Assembly (NCBI RefSeq): GCF_006345805.1 | Contig: NC_043010.1 | Location: 16,244,001 to 16,308,000 of the forward strand | Source: Octopus sinensis | Lineage: Eukaryota | Direction: 5' to 3' | DNA: 64,000 nucleotides | Shown: positions 49,961 to 62,998 of the stretch, in pieces | How the letters are laid out: every line of letters starts with the position of its first letter | How positions within the stretch are numbered: position 1 is the first letter of the stretch | Notes under the pieces: model-generated | Database searches by the model: none | The model's input: only the letters and a program-made list of their open reading frames with translations | What the model was told of the DNA's origin: nothing | Position numbers and translations under genes: made by a program

Positions 49961-52639
49961 TAAGATATGCTAAAAAAATCTGCATCTTTTCTGAGAGTTA
50001 GGAGATGAAAAAGAATATGCCTTTGTAATTTTTGTAAAGAAGTATTGTAAACCGTGCAGCTAAGTTTGAGCTACTCCAAGATAGCCATTTTCTAAGTTAC
50101 CCAGCTGAGAAGTTGTTATTTTAACTCCTTTGATTGGGGTTTGAGAAATGACTAGATTTGGTTATATATTTGAAATAACTAACTTATGAATAAAGATCTG
50201 AATATCTTTGATGTCAGCTACACTCCCAATGATATTTATCTTGACTTTCTTCATATTTTATTAACTTATCTGAGTAATGGATGTTTTTTACAGCTATAAT
50301 TCTGTACAGCTAGAAGTGTGCGAGATGAAGAATACACTTGAGAGCTAGAATTATAGCTAAGCATATCAGAACAGAATAACTTAGCTGCCTTCACCTTACC
50401 AAAATACATATCTTAGTCCTATTAGAGCTTAGTGCTACTTATCTGATCTAACGTCACTGACTGACGTTGCCATATCTCTCTCTATCTCTCTCTCTCCCCC
50501 TCTCTCACACACAGAGTTGAGGGGTTGTAAGTTATAGGGTCTTTCCTCTTATGTGGTGTATACTGTTTGTGATCTTCAACTATGTACAGTATGAAGTTTT
50601 ACAGACACCGAGTGTTCTCTTTAAAGTTGGTTAGTTACAGGTGATATTTTCATAAATAGTTATGATTCCTGAATACCAAGTTGGTTTTCAATGGACTTGC
50701 CTCTCTGTACACTGTCATTCCTATTACTTGGCAAATATATTTAGTATTACACTTTAACTATATCGACTTTTACACATATTTCAATGTTCTTCTCTACATT
50801 CCCACTCTGAAGTCCAATGTTTTTTTAAGTTTTCCCTAATCCAATTCTCTTGGAGCCTCACCTCTCTATTGGTCCATAAACTCTATTGCAACCATAAACT
50901 AGAATAAATTCATTAGCAGAAAAGTTGCTGTGGTGTGACTTGAAGTAAAAAAAAAAAAAACAAATTGAAATGGTTTTTTTTTTTTTCTTTTTAGTTGTGA
51001 TCTGCTGCACAATGTCTTATTTCCTGGCCAATAAATAGACCTTCCCAAGATATTAAATCTCTTTCCTTTACGTGTTTTATGTCGTTTTCTTTTGTATACC
51101 TATTTCACACGTTATAAATTTCTAAGTAGATTTTGCTGTGTTAGGAAAGAAATTTAAATTTTAGATATTTTGACAAAATATTCATAAAATAGATTAAAAA
51201 AAAAAAAAAAAAACCCTCTGAAACTTAAAACAAAAATTACTTCATCCTTGGGTCTCTTCACTTACAATCCTGTCTTTTTGTATTCTATATTAGTATTTCT
51301 GTAATTTACAGCTTTGCTAGTGGTTTTGATTGTAGTTTCGGATCCAAGTTGTAGATGATTCAACAGTTGGGTGCAAATGTCCACACGAAAGATGTTAGTC
51401 TTCCTCTACTAAAAACTAATTCAATAAGAATATATTTTTGTGAGTCATTTAATAAAATCTCTGTCTGTCTGATTTATTTATTTGTCTTGTTACTCTGTAT
51501 CCGTTACTCGGGTATCATGGCTCAGTTTTGCTGCTGCAGGAACGAGTCTTGAATCATTGGAAGGTTGGGTAGCTGGTTAGTTTTTCAGACCGACCATTTA
51601 ACCTAAAAGAAATGAGACAGAGGACAAATCCATTCTTGTCAATGTCATTGTATCTCTCAGCTGTCAACTTGAAACTGTCCTTTGTTGGTTTATTAGATTT
51701 TCTTTTTCTTTTCCTTTTTTTTTTTATTGGTCCTCATTTCTTTCCAGTCAAGACTAAATCAGTTAAAAGTAGTTAACCCAGTTTAATGACTCACTAGATA
51801 TTTTTATTTAAAACACCTAGATAATAATATCACACTAATATATAACTGCTTCTTTCTCTCTCTCTCTAATGATTAGTTATAAGGTTTCCGAGGGAAAACC
51901 ACTCGTTGAAACAGGTGTCATTTTCTAAAGATTAATGAAATATATAAAACTTGATATTTTAGTTTTATCTGGTTTTGTTTTTTGTGTTTTTTTTTTGTCC
52001 TTTTTAAAATCTTTGTCAGTTTCATTGGTGTTACTTGACCTTGTTAGATAAGTTTTTGCTCAGTGAATTTTTGCCTTTAATTTCTTTTTAATTTTGGCAG
52101 CATGCACCTGCAAATTCAAATAGTCATAGATATCGGTTTACATCAAGGTAGCTTTTTTCAAGCCCCCCCCCCTTTTTTAGTTGGTTCCCCAGCAGGGCCA
52201 CAGCTTAGTAACTGTAGGCAGTACAAAAAAGTTTTAATTGTCAATTTATTACTCAGTTAATTTGATTAGGTTAAGTCATAATACTTGGATATAATGCTTT
52301 ACTGTTTTATTCCCATATTCCTCTTGAAATACATTGTTCTCCTTTCAGTTAATTTGGAAAAATAATAACAAAGAAGATTGTAAGATAACTTAATTATTAA
52401 ACTGATGTTTAGAACATAAAACTAATATGAAATTTTATTAGAAAGTTTCAATTTAGATCACTTTAGAATAAGTCTGTACCTTAGAACCAAAGATGGTTTG
52501 GGTGGATTAGTACCAAAACAGTTCAAAGTAGCAACCTATGTTTTCATCAGACTATTATAAAACTTAATAATTATCCAATATTGATGGTTCCTTTATGAAC
52601 CTTTTCCTAAATGTTGCCACATGTCAGCATTATTCTCAT

Positions 52640-53330
52640 GGTGTGCATGAATGTTTTATGTTCAGAATCAATATCCTTGATACAGGGTCACAACCAGTTT
52701 CCTTAAATATCAAGGACTTTTCTTCTTAAAAGAGCAGATTTCTGAAATAATGCAACTCTTGTAGTTACACGAATCTCAATAAGGAAACTGCCAACGCTGT
52801 TGATGACAATACCTGGGGCACTTATAACAACTATGATTACTTTTGTAGAAACCCTCCACAGTCTTTATATTTCCGTAGCCAAACCCTGGTATTTTACTAT
52901 TTTCTCTTCTTCTTTGACTGCTACATTCTTGTCTACAGATATAGCCCCATCTATGATGAGGCCCTCTTTTCCCACCCCTTATCCAGAACAATAACATCAA
53001 GTCATCTCACTTTAAGTTAAAGATCTGCCATTCCAATAAAGTCCCATAAAACCTTAAACTGATCATTCTCTATTACACTCTCTGGTTGATGTTGGGACCA
53101 TTTCCTTCCTACTTTAAACCCTGTTTGCTGTAATAGGTCTCAGTGTAATGCCCTGGCTACACAGTCATGTCTGCATCTATATCCCTTCTGTGCCAAAGGA
53201 CTGCAGGATCTTAATGAGTGCATAGCAGATTCTTCTTTCTCATTACATTCTCTGCCTTTTGCATTTTTCATGGATTTGTCTATTTTTGCCTTAATATTTT
53301 TCTGCAATGACTTGCTTTGAGCAACCATTA
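52640..53330 (-). mobile_element. Decayed R4/Dong-like retrotransposon, 3' fragment
   Basis: KNIKAKIDKSMKNAKGRECNEKEESAMHSLRSCSPLAQKGYRCRHDCVARALH (degenerate knuckle plus RHD motif) and a QKSALL..RKVLDI-type terminus. Confidence 0.72.
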
Positions 53331-54387
53331 TCCATCTGTTTCTTGTTTAAGGTCTCCAATCTTCAGTCATAAATTATTAAATCATCATCATCATCATCAT
53401 TGCGAAAGCATCCATCAAAGTGACACTAGGGTACAAATATACAAAGCCCAGTATACCCATCACGACTACCCATCTGATAAGGGTACACCAGGCACATGCA
53501 TCACAACCATATATGCGCAACATGGTGATCTCATATTAAGACAAACGGTGCATGACCTTGAAGGTGGGGCCCTGTTAGAATTTTCTTCAGGTCAAGTAGC
53601 CTATCCTGCCCAAAAGGTCCTTGAATAAGGTTTATTTAAGGATGATGAACAAAACACATGTTCCCAGAGGTGAATTATCCAAACCCCAAAGAATCCCTCT
53701 CAACACATGGCTATGATGCTCCCCCACTACTTCTCCTTGTGATCAGAGATGCACATATCATGAGCCATGAAGGGACATACTCAACTGGTTATGAGCAAAC
53801 AACTGACAAGCAAATCTGTGGTATTGAGCAGAATATTTGTTGTAGTCCATCTTTTATACCAAGACAAAACATGTACATCAGACACGTGCTGTCAGTAATT
53901 ACTCAGGGTAGGCAGTTGGTGACGTTTATGTAGTAAAACACACAAAAAAGAAAGCGAAACACAGGCACGCGACTGAGTTGGAGGCAGGTTTACTTCTGTC
54001 TTTATAGAGCATAAAGAAAACATTGTAGGAATGTACGCAACACATGTACTACAGCAGTACTATGCATAGCTTTAATACTGAGATTGACAGACAGGGGCAA
54101 ATTATGCCTACCTAATCTAGAAAAAATAAAATATTTTGCATTTTATGCATTGTAATCAGAGTAACATTCGTAATTTTATTGAATTAGGTACATATTTTGC
54201 CATAAAAGGAAAATGTTACTATCAGTCTATTTTATTCTGGTTAGGCACTGCCTATATAGTCAGCACGTCCCTGATGTACATGATAACCCTTTCAGTCAGT
54301 TACGATCAGAAGACATGAGAGCCAGTGCCCAGTACTGCATCAGGGCATTTAATTATTATTATTATTATTATCGTTGTTGTTGTTGTT

Positions 54388-54680
54388 GAAGGCAGCGAGG
54401 AGCTGGCAGAATCATTAGCACGCCAGGCAGAATACCTTGCAGCATTTCTTCTGTCCTCACTATGGTCACCTTTGTCTTTTATCCTTTCAGGATTGATAAA
54501 ATAATTACTGGTTGAGCACTTAGGCTGAGGTCATCAACTAGCTCCCCTCTCACAAAATCTCAGGCCTTGTGCCTAGGATAGAAAAGATTATTATTAAGGC
54601 TGGCAGAATCATTCCCCTGCCATACAGAATGCTTAGCAACTTTCCTTTTGTCTTTATGTTCTGAATTCAAATTCTTGCTT
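54388..54680 (+). mobile_element. SINE-A copy plus truncated second head abutting an adducin 3' splice site
   Basis: Full copy 54388-54595. The second head (ggctggcagaatc...ttctgaattcaaattc) stops about 35 nt before the acceptor at 54711. Confidence 0.8.
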
Positions 54681-54711
54681 GTTATAATCTTCCAATTTCT
54701 CTCTTTTGCAG

Positions 54712-54942
54712 GCCCGAATCAACCAAGAACAAGAACATTTTCTTCTGAACCCATTTGGCCTATTGTTTGCTGAAATGACCGCTTCCTCATTGGTGAAAGT
54801 GGACATGCAAGGCGAGATTGTTGATTCCGGTTCTACATCTTTGGGCATCAATAAAGCTGGATTCATGCTCCATTCTGCCATCCACCAAGCAAGACCAGAC
54901 ATTCGCTGTGTTATCCATCTTCACACACCACATGCTGTTGCA
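54712..54942 (+). CDS. hts: Adducin coding exon (ARINQEQEHFLLNPFG...HLHTPHAVA)
   Basis: Acceptor ctcttttgcag|GCC, donor GCA|gtatgt. 231 nt, phase 0/0. Class II aldolase/adducin motifs LNPFGL, HSAIHQARPD, HLHT. Confidence 0.96.
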
Positions 54943-57014
54943 GTATGTTGCTCTCTGATGATGAGGCTTTCTAAGATCTTTCTTTTTCTCACAAAAATAT
55001 TTTTTCTTTTTCTTCTTTAACAGAAGATACAAGTTCAATTCCAGCTGTAACCAAGTTGCCTGTCCATTCTATCTTTATAATGTAAAATATCTAAGAGGAC
55101 ATATTATTGAATTTGTTTTGCTTAGATTACCATCCACTTAGAAGAATCTTCTTCACAGTTAAGTCCTTGAAGATTTACCATGTGAAGCGAAATGACTCCC
55201 AAAGTCACCAGTGATTTGTGAAATCAGTGTTTGTCTAGATTCACCTGTTTTAAGTAGCAGCTATTTTACAAACTGATTGGATACCAAAACATCTGCTACA
55301 CATTCCTCACATCTTAATAAACTGAAATATTTATCCAAAGATATGTCGCTGTTGATGAATTTGCTGATAGTCCAGTACTTGATGTAGGTTATGTGCTGAC
55401 TATGATAAATCATTTAGTGATACCACTGAAAATCTTGTAATACATCTAGGATAAGGTAACTTGATAAGACTCGCCCTCCTCTAAGCTTATAGCACAGCGT
55501 TTGAGCTCAGCATTCCAACTTCACAAAATACTCATTGGTTTCACAGTGCTGTTATTTCTTATAAGGTTTAAGTTGATGGTATCCGTTTACAGCTAAGTTG
55601 ACTGATCTGTTTAAGAAAAAAATCGTCATAGGTACGAAGTTCTAACTATTAACCTCTCAATTATTTGTTCAGAATCCTATCAACAAGTTTGCTATCTGCT
55701 CTCTATAGGTCAGCTACTCCATAAGAACTTGACCTAGAGAACAGGCTGGTTGCTTGATTATGACAGCAGCAATCTATATTAAAATGGAAGCTAATAGCCC
55801 TAGAATAACAAATTGGTTAATTTGGCATTGTGTATTATTAATAGTGTTCAGTTCTCGCATAAAGTGTTAAAAGATTTGTCACTGGCCATCAAGAAATTCT
55901 GTTCCAGTCTAAAATGTCAGGTTTTAATCAAATCACCAGAGAATTTAGCTTGAATTATTATGCCAAAGAGAGGCAATTACTAATTTTACAACAAATATTC
56001 TAAATGGCAAATGGCAACAGCTTTTGTATTTTGTGTGTGAATATGTATATTTGATGTTTCTAAATACACTGTTATAAAACTGTGTTCATGTGTGTATTAG
56101 GTGGTTTCCTTCTATATCTGTTCTGTTGTCTTTGACCTAATCACATGACCATAGCTGTACAAGCAATTTTTTTGGCTGTCTAACAACAAAATTCTCTCCC
56201 TCATTTATGAAGATTTACACTCTTCAGACTTTTAGTATTTCTACTGACATTCTCCAAAAGTACTGACCTCAGCTATTATCACACTCTCTCAAAATACTTA
56301 CTCAGCATACTAAAAATAGCAGCCAAATCTCCCTCAAACTACACCTTACCATCTTTTGGATATATTAATCTCAGGGGGGGAAAATATCATTGCAGCTGTA
56401 ATACCTTCTATCATAAGTCTACTCACACAAACCTAACTTCAAGCTGAACAAAAAACCTCTTTGGTTATCCTCTCAGCCTAATATATCTTTCTATTTTACT
56501 TTTTGTGTATCATCAAAACCAGGTTTATTACTTGTGTTGCTTTCATTCTAGTAAAGTATCTTGTCATATATCCAAACTCCAGTGTTCTCTGAGAACCATC
56601 AGATTGTTACTGGCCCTATTAACTCTGTTCATAAGAGTTCACTTCACTGAGAGAAACAGCTCTCCGTAAAGGTGACACTACTGAAGGAGCTGAGGAGTGT
56701 TTCTTTAGGTTGCTATCTTCAGTTCTGTTTCCTTTCGTGTTATTCCCAACCTCTTAACATTCAGAGAACTGGGTTACTTTCCAATGACAATGGTGGACAT
56801 AAGAACCAGTGTTTCTGCAGATATCAAAAAAGGGTCGTTAACGAGAGAGAGAGTACGTGTGTTACATTTAAAGCATACAAGTTCATTTACAGGTTTTTAT
56901 CAATAGATTTTAGGGCTGCAAACATTTTGCTGTAAAGGTTTTCTACAGTCCTGCTGTTTTTCTGTTGTATTCACTAGTTCTTTTTAATGTCCATTTATTC
57001 CATCAGTTTGTACA

Positions 57015-57330
57015 TGCAGGCATGGTTGTGTGGTAAGAGGCTTGTTTCCCAACCACATAGTTCTGGGTTCAGTCACACTGCCTGGCACCATGGGCAAGTG
57101 TCTTCTACTATAACCTTGGGCACACCAAAGGCTTGTGAATGGATTTGGTAGACGGAAACTGAAAGAAACCCATCATATGTGTGTTTGTCCCCCACCATTG
57201 CTTAACATCCAGTGTGGGTGTGTTTATGTCCCTGTAACTTAGGTCAGCAAAAGAGACTGTTTCGTTTAACTATAAATTCTTCAAGGCAGTGCTCCAGTAT
57301 GGCTGCAGTCTAATGACTAAAACAAGTAGC
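57015..57330 (+). mobile_element. SINE-B copy, tail type 1
   Basis: gcagggcatggttgtgtggtaagagg...gggcaagtgtcttctactata...ggcagtgctccagtatggctgcagtc. Confidence 0.8.
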
Positions 57331-58424
57331 AGGAAAGAGCTATTTTATTTGCTCAGTGCTCTTCTTCACACCAACTCTTTTCTAAGTAGCGGATTCTTTT
57401 ATTCCACAAATGTTTGAAACTGCAGAATAACTGAAGTCCTAGTATTAATGTCAGCACCACTTCACTCTACTGGTGACCTCACCTGGAATACAAACACACA
57501 CTGAATAAAAAAAACCCTCGTGACAACATGTCCAACTTGTGCCAGGATAGAAAATATGATGGTGATGATGATTTTAAGCAGTCTTGTTTTATCTATATCC
57601 TCTCATGTTTTTTTACAAAACTAATTCTTCAGTGTAAATTAACGTAATTACTACTTTTCTAAATTGTGTCATAGTGTCACCATTCCTCTTTTGGATCCTG
57701 ACAATGAAGGAATGTTTCTGCTGTTTCTGTGAAGACCATAGAAACTGTTTCCCAATGTATTTTGTATCCAGTGATACAGACTGTTGAAATGATGTTGGTT
57801 TGGGTGGGACGCCACATTGTGAATGGGTGAGTGGAGACCTATTGACAATAGTTACTACACTTTACAGATTCATTGGCAGGAAAACCTTGGATGTTGTAGG
57901 AACTATTCTGAATTTAATGACATCTTACTTGAGATAATTAACTGCACAGCTCCTGTCTATTGATTTGGTTTCTGGAGAGGAAGTGTAAAAGCTGATACTC
58001 TTCTAATTTAGAGATAAACTTTGTCATCATCATTGATGTAATTGAATATTTCTACTCATAAAAAAAAAAAAAATTGTTTATCTGTGGGGTTTGCACAACT
58101 TTAATTTCTGAGCATCCCAGTTCCTCATATGTGACACTAAAAGATATGGCTCATTAGAACAATAGAAATAAATGTTTGAGTAGAATTGGTTCTTTGGAAA
58201 ACTGAGATAACAGCCAAAACTACAAATAATATTCCTTGAATTATTGACATCAGTTTCCCCTCATCTTTTTCTTCTCTCTTTAATACTTCATTCTGTCTCT
58301 CCAAATAATCTCTTGGAATGGCTTACCATTTTTTTTTTTTTCTAAACAACTTCTTATCCCAATGCTCTTCTCACTATTTTAATTTTTTTTATTCTCAGAC
58401 CATGTTGTCCATCTTCCATTGCAG

Positions 58425-58568
58425 GTTTCAGCCATGAAATGTGGCCTGTTGCCATTGTCTCAGGAGTCACTTATCTGTGGAACAATCAGCTACCATGAAT
58501 ACAATGGCATCATTGTGGACCAAGAGGAGAGAGAGAAGCTGGCAAGAAGTTTAGGCCCAGCTAACAAG
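58425..58568 (+). CDS. hts: Adducin coding exon (VSAMKCGLLPLSQE...LGPANK)
   Basis: Acceptor ttccattgcag|GTT, donor AAG|gtttgt. 144 nt, phase 0/0. Confidence 0.95.
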
Positions 58569-58826
58569 GTTTGTACTTCCAATGTTACTGTTATCATAAA
58601 ATTTCAGTTTTAAAAAAATTCTTTTTGATATATATATAAAGTAGTAATGCATCAGTTAGAAGGGATTGAAACTCCTTTCAATTCCAAAAATGAGGACAAT
58701 CAAAATCTTTTACTTTACTCAAGAGAAAAATCCCTAATTTAGCCCTTGATTGTAATGAATCATAAGGGATAATTGTCCCTGATGACTAGGCATTGAAATT
58801 AGGCTAAAGTTGTGGGTAATGCTGAT

Positions 58827-58950
58827 CATCATTTAACCACTATGTTCCATGCTGGCCTGGGTTGGATGGTTTGGCAAGGATCCAATGTCTGCTTTGACAT
58901 GGTTTCAAAGCTGGACGTCCTTCCTAACACCAACCACTTTACAGTGTGGA
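58827..58950 (-). mobile_element. SINE-C 3' fragment
   Basis: catcatttaaccactatgttccatgctggcctgggttgg...ccttcctaacaccaaccact. Confidence 0.65.
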
Positions 58951-61900
58951 CTGGTTGAATAACACCTACATAACAAGCACCATAGCAGTACCTTTGGCCT
59001 GCAAGAGTTAATTAGCATGGAATATAAGAATAACAACAGAATTATTAGTTGGATTAGGGTTGGTTTCAGTAATTTTTGTTTGATATATTGGGAAAACAAA
59101 CCTTTACTTAAGCTATTGGGTAGGAATTTGATGTGTACAATCACTAAATTCAGCTGCTGCTGATCTTTTCACTCATTAGTTCAGTTTACCTGACATTATG
59201 TTCCGGTGGGTATCTGAATATCTCATAGTTTTTCAATAATGGATACTCTATACATTCCTTTTCTCTTAATGATTGTGGCTGGGTAGCTAATATCAGAGAT
59301 TTGAAAATAATTTATTTCTGCATCTGTTTAATTAACAAGAAAACTTTTCACCAGAAACAAACATCTCGACTCCAAATCTCTGTCACCCACTAAAGTGATC
59401 TCCACTCAATTTGTAATCTCCTACCAACACAATTTTTTCACTTTTTCTTTACCTGATTTGCTGCCAAAAATCTAGGCCAGGAAATGTTTAATATTTTTTG
59501 GTGAATTCAGCCAACGAACGGCTATAAATGACTGACATCACAATCTAAGATTATAATAAATGCAGACAGATTTCGGTTCATTCTATTTTTTGACCTTGAA
59601 AACTATAATGCTAGTATGACCGTTTAGTCACCATTTGCAATCATTCGTTCAAACTGTAAACAAACATGTCCTCCGAAATACTGGGGCTGTCGTGTCGTTT
59701 AAGTAAACACTAATGTCATTTCTAGTTTATATTGAAACAAATATTGTACAACATTTATATTAAACTTGACATAACTGTCACCTTGAAAACATTTTCTATC
59801 TCTTCTGCTCATGTAACCATTTAGGTGTCCTTTCCATGAAATAACTCCAAGATTGTTCCCATTGGAAGGAATGATTGCATAGCAAGTTTTGTGGTAGAAG
59901 TTTGCTTCACTACCACACAGCTCTGAGGTTGAGCTCTTTGGGTTGATCAGTGCTGCTTTGTGAATGAAATTTGATAGAAACTGTTTTCTTTGTTTGTCTA
60001 CCTGCTTGTCTGTCTAATGGATAAGTGGTTGGTAAAATACTCAACCCATTTGGTATGAATACCTTGTTTTATTAGGTACTGTCTTGGTTGCATCTCCTTT
60101 CACTCAGCTGACTTTGTTGTGTAAGGTTGATAAAATAACCATCAAAGGGTTCAAATCAATCAAAGCACTTGATGACAGTGCTCCAGCATGAGCGCAGTCT
60201 TATATACCTGAAACCGACAAATTATAAACACATAAAGATAATAAGCAATATTCATATTGTTAAACAACCATTTGCATAGGTTTATGTCTGGATATAGCCT
60301 GGAAGCAGGCAAGTGAGTCACTTAATGGATTTAACAACCACCAAAGGGTCTGAAAAGTCATCTCTGTTGCATGAATTTTGTTGTTTCAGAAACTGGTCAG
60401 AATTATTGATTATAGACAAATAGAGATTTCTTTTTTTTTTCTTCTTTTATTTATGTGCACTGCATTTTGAGGAAGGGAAAGGCAACACCCAAGAGTCTTT
60501 CTTCTGAGGCTAATGGATACTTGCTGGACAGCAGAGTGATGAACTTGCTTAAAAGCACTTAGTCACCATGTAGTGATGTTAAACTGGAGTTAACAGATTT
60601 AAGTTGATTATCCATGGTCACAAAATGGAAAGAACCAGAAAAAATACTGCAAAGTATCTTATCTGACATTATTCTCCTACTCTGCACTGATATTTTATTT
60701 TTTGTCTGCTCCAGAATCCAAGCCTAGGATCAATTTTTGGGTAGTCAAGGCAACATTTTGCACCCTCAGACACTAAAGTCATTTCTCTAATAAGTTTGGA
60801 TCTTATTTTCTTCTTTTGACATAACTAAATATATAAACAGCAATCCAAAGGCCAAGAAATAAAGCTTTCTTTTAGTATTTCATTCTTTTTGAATTATTGC
60901 AATTCATAATGCAAAGAAATATTTTGTTAATGAGAATTTTTACTTAATTACTTTGATTTTGTCGTGATTGTCTAATAAACAACTAAAAAGAATACGAGTA
61001 GAGTGGAAGGGGTTTTTTTTTTTTTTTTAACAAATGTCGTTTAAGCTTTGTTTACTTCTATATCACATAATTCCTAATTGTTTTAATTTTTATTGGTGCA
61101 AGTTGAATGGGCAAGGTTTGCATTGCTTGCTTGCCATATATAGTAAAAGGTTACTTCAACCTTCTACATCATTTCTATTTAATCAGCAGACTGGTTTGGC
61201 ATGATGCCATTTAATGATTTTATGCATGTGCACACCTAATATTTTTAGATATTAGTTTTGAAAAATATCTGGGCAGCCTAAGCAATTTTATTTTGCTATA
61301 TTTGTATTAATAGAGGTTTTCTCATAGTTGTTTTAAGGCTGAGTATTGCATTCTCTTGTCATATTGACTTAATCCAGTGGAGATAGAAAACACATGCTAA
61401 GATAATAGATTCAGATCTCAAGTAAATAGGGACTCACATGAGAAAATATGAGAACTTAGCTTTTAAAAGAGCTTTTTACTTTGTAAGAATGTTTGGCAAT
61501 AACTGTTTCTCAGTTCTGCTACAGAGAGATTTTAATTTATTCTGTTGATTTAACAAGATACTGATACCTACACCAGTTGGCAGAAATAATAATCTTATTG
61601 AAAATACAGTTTCATTGTGTAATACAAAGGTTAGAACTTGTCAATCATAAAAAAAAAAAAATTTTTTTTTTATTTTGCAAGAATTGAAGAACATTTTACT
61701 GAGATTATATTGAATATCACTTCTCCCTCTATGCCATATCACTTGTGGGCGTTGACTCCAACTCAGGAGCACAGTATGTCTTTCATTGGAGTTTTTGTGG
61801 CTCTGGTCTGGGACCAGCTGCAAGGTTTGCTGCAGTCCATGTGTGGATGTTTTTATGAGACAGCACTGGTCTAGTTGGCCGTTGGTTCACAATGAACTCA

Positions 61901-62394
61901 TCTATCATTTGTTTTATTGCTGGCTGTAATATTGCCAACCATTCTAATTGAATTAATTCTCTACTTGATTTCTCTCTTGCTCTAACATTGATGTTGTTGT
62001 AGTAATAGTAGCAGCAGCTTAATTTTTCTTAATCAAGGGCTTAATCCCGACTCCACCAGATATTTCAAGCATCTCAGGGATAATTTCTGAAGGACCAGGG
62101 GCATTTAATAACCTTTCATAGCAGCTCTTTCACACCTCTTTCTTTTCTAAGTCATTAAGTCTGTGTGTATAGCTCAGAAGTGAATGCAAGCAATATGCAT
62201 TAAAAGAAGGCTTCAGTGACTACGTGATAGTGTAGGGCATGGTTGGATTTAGCAAGTTGCATGAGCATTGTTAAGGTGTAGATTTTTTTTCTTTTTTTTT
62301 TTTTGGTCTGTGTGTTTACAGTAATAAACACATAAAATGAACTGAAATTCAAACAGCGTTTGTGTTGGTTTACACTGACAGACCATCTCGTAAA

Positions 62395-62615
62395 GCCTGT
62401 GCATTGAGTGTGGTTGACAGAAACTGAAAGAAGCCTATCGTATATGTATTCATAGATATGTTTGTGTGTGTTTCCTTGTCTTGACAACAGGTGATAATTG
62501 TAAATGAATGTCATTGTCATACAAGTGGTGTCCTCTTTCATTTCCAATCTTCCATGAAAACATGTCCAACCATGGGGAAATATTACTTTGCTTTGGAAAC
62601 TGGTGATAGGAAAAT
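62395..62615 (+). mobile_element. SINE-B partial copy, tail type 2
   Basis: gacagaaactgaaagaagcctatcgtatatg...tttccttgtcttgacaacaggtgat...catgtccaaccatggggaaatattac. Confidence 0.65.
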
Positions 62616-62791
62616 CTACTTGAATGGATTCCAGTTGACCCATAGAAAAGTGTCTATTAAAACAACAAGGATGATATATAATGCAGCATCAAAGACTTTG
62701 TTTGTAGCAGTATTTTGAACATATATACACATATATACACAGAATTTGATTTCCCTGTTAAATTAAAATCTGGCGCGAGGTGAGACTTGAA

Positions 62792-62875
62792 ATGGTGAAG
62801 TTTTCAGCAAGAGGCAGGAAACCCAATGATTCAGCAGAAAGTGGAGAATCAAGCAATAGAAAAGAGGAAGGACAG
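62792..62875 (+). CDS. Candidate alternative first coding exon of adducin (MVKFSARGRKPNDSAESGESSNRKEEGQ)
   Basis: ATG in gaaATGG context, 28 sense codons, strong donor CAG|gtgaga at phase 0, 123 nt upstream of the phase-0 acceptor at 62999. No transcript evidence. Confidence 0.4.
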
Positions 62876-62998
62876 GTGAGATGGACGTAGACATACATTT
62901 TCTGAAGTGGGTGTATCCTATTGTTTTGTTTTAATTTCTTAAAATCTCACAACTTTTCTTGGTGTTAATGAAAGTCTATTGTTTTCTTTGTGTGACAG

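Noticed and set aside
51517-51552. MAQFCCCRNES Cys-cluster micro-ORF or alternative N-terminus
   Set aside because: It stops before any compatible donor and has no other support.
58391-58424. Upstream acceptor at 58398 and ATG at 58402
   Set aside because: Both are out of frame with the adducin exon at 58425.
282-62718. Most of the 60-140 aa ORFs in the supplied track
   Set aside because: They are low-complexity translations of microsatellites, SINEs or antisense TE fragments, with no recognisable domains or splice-compatible structure.
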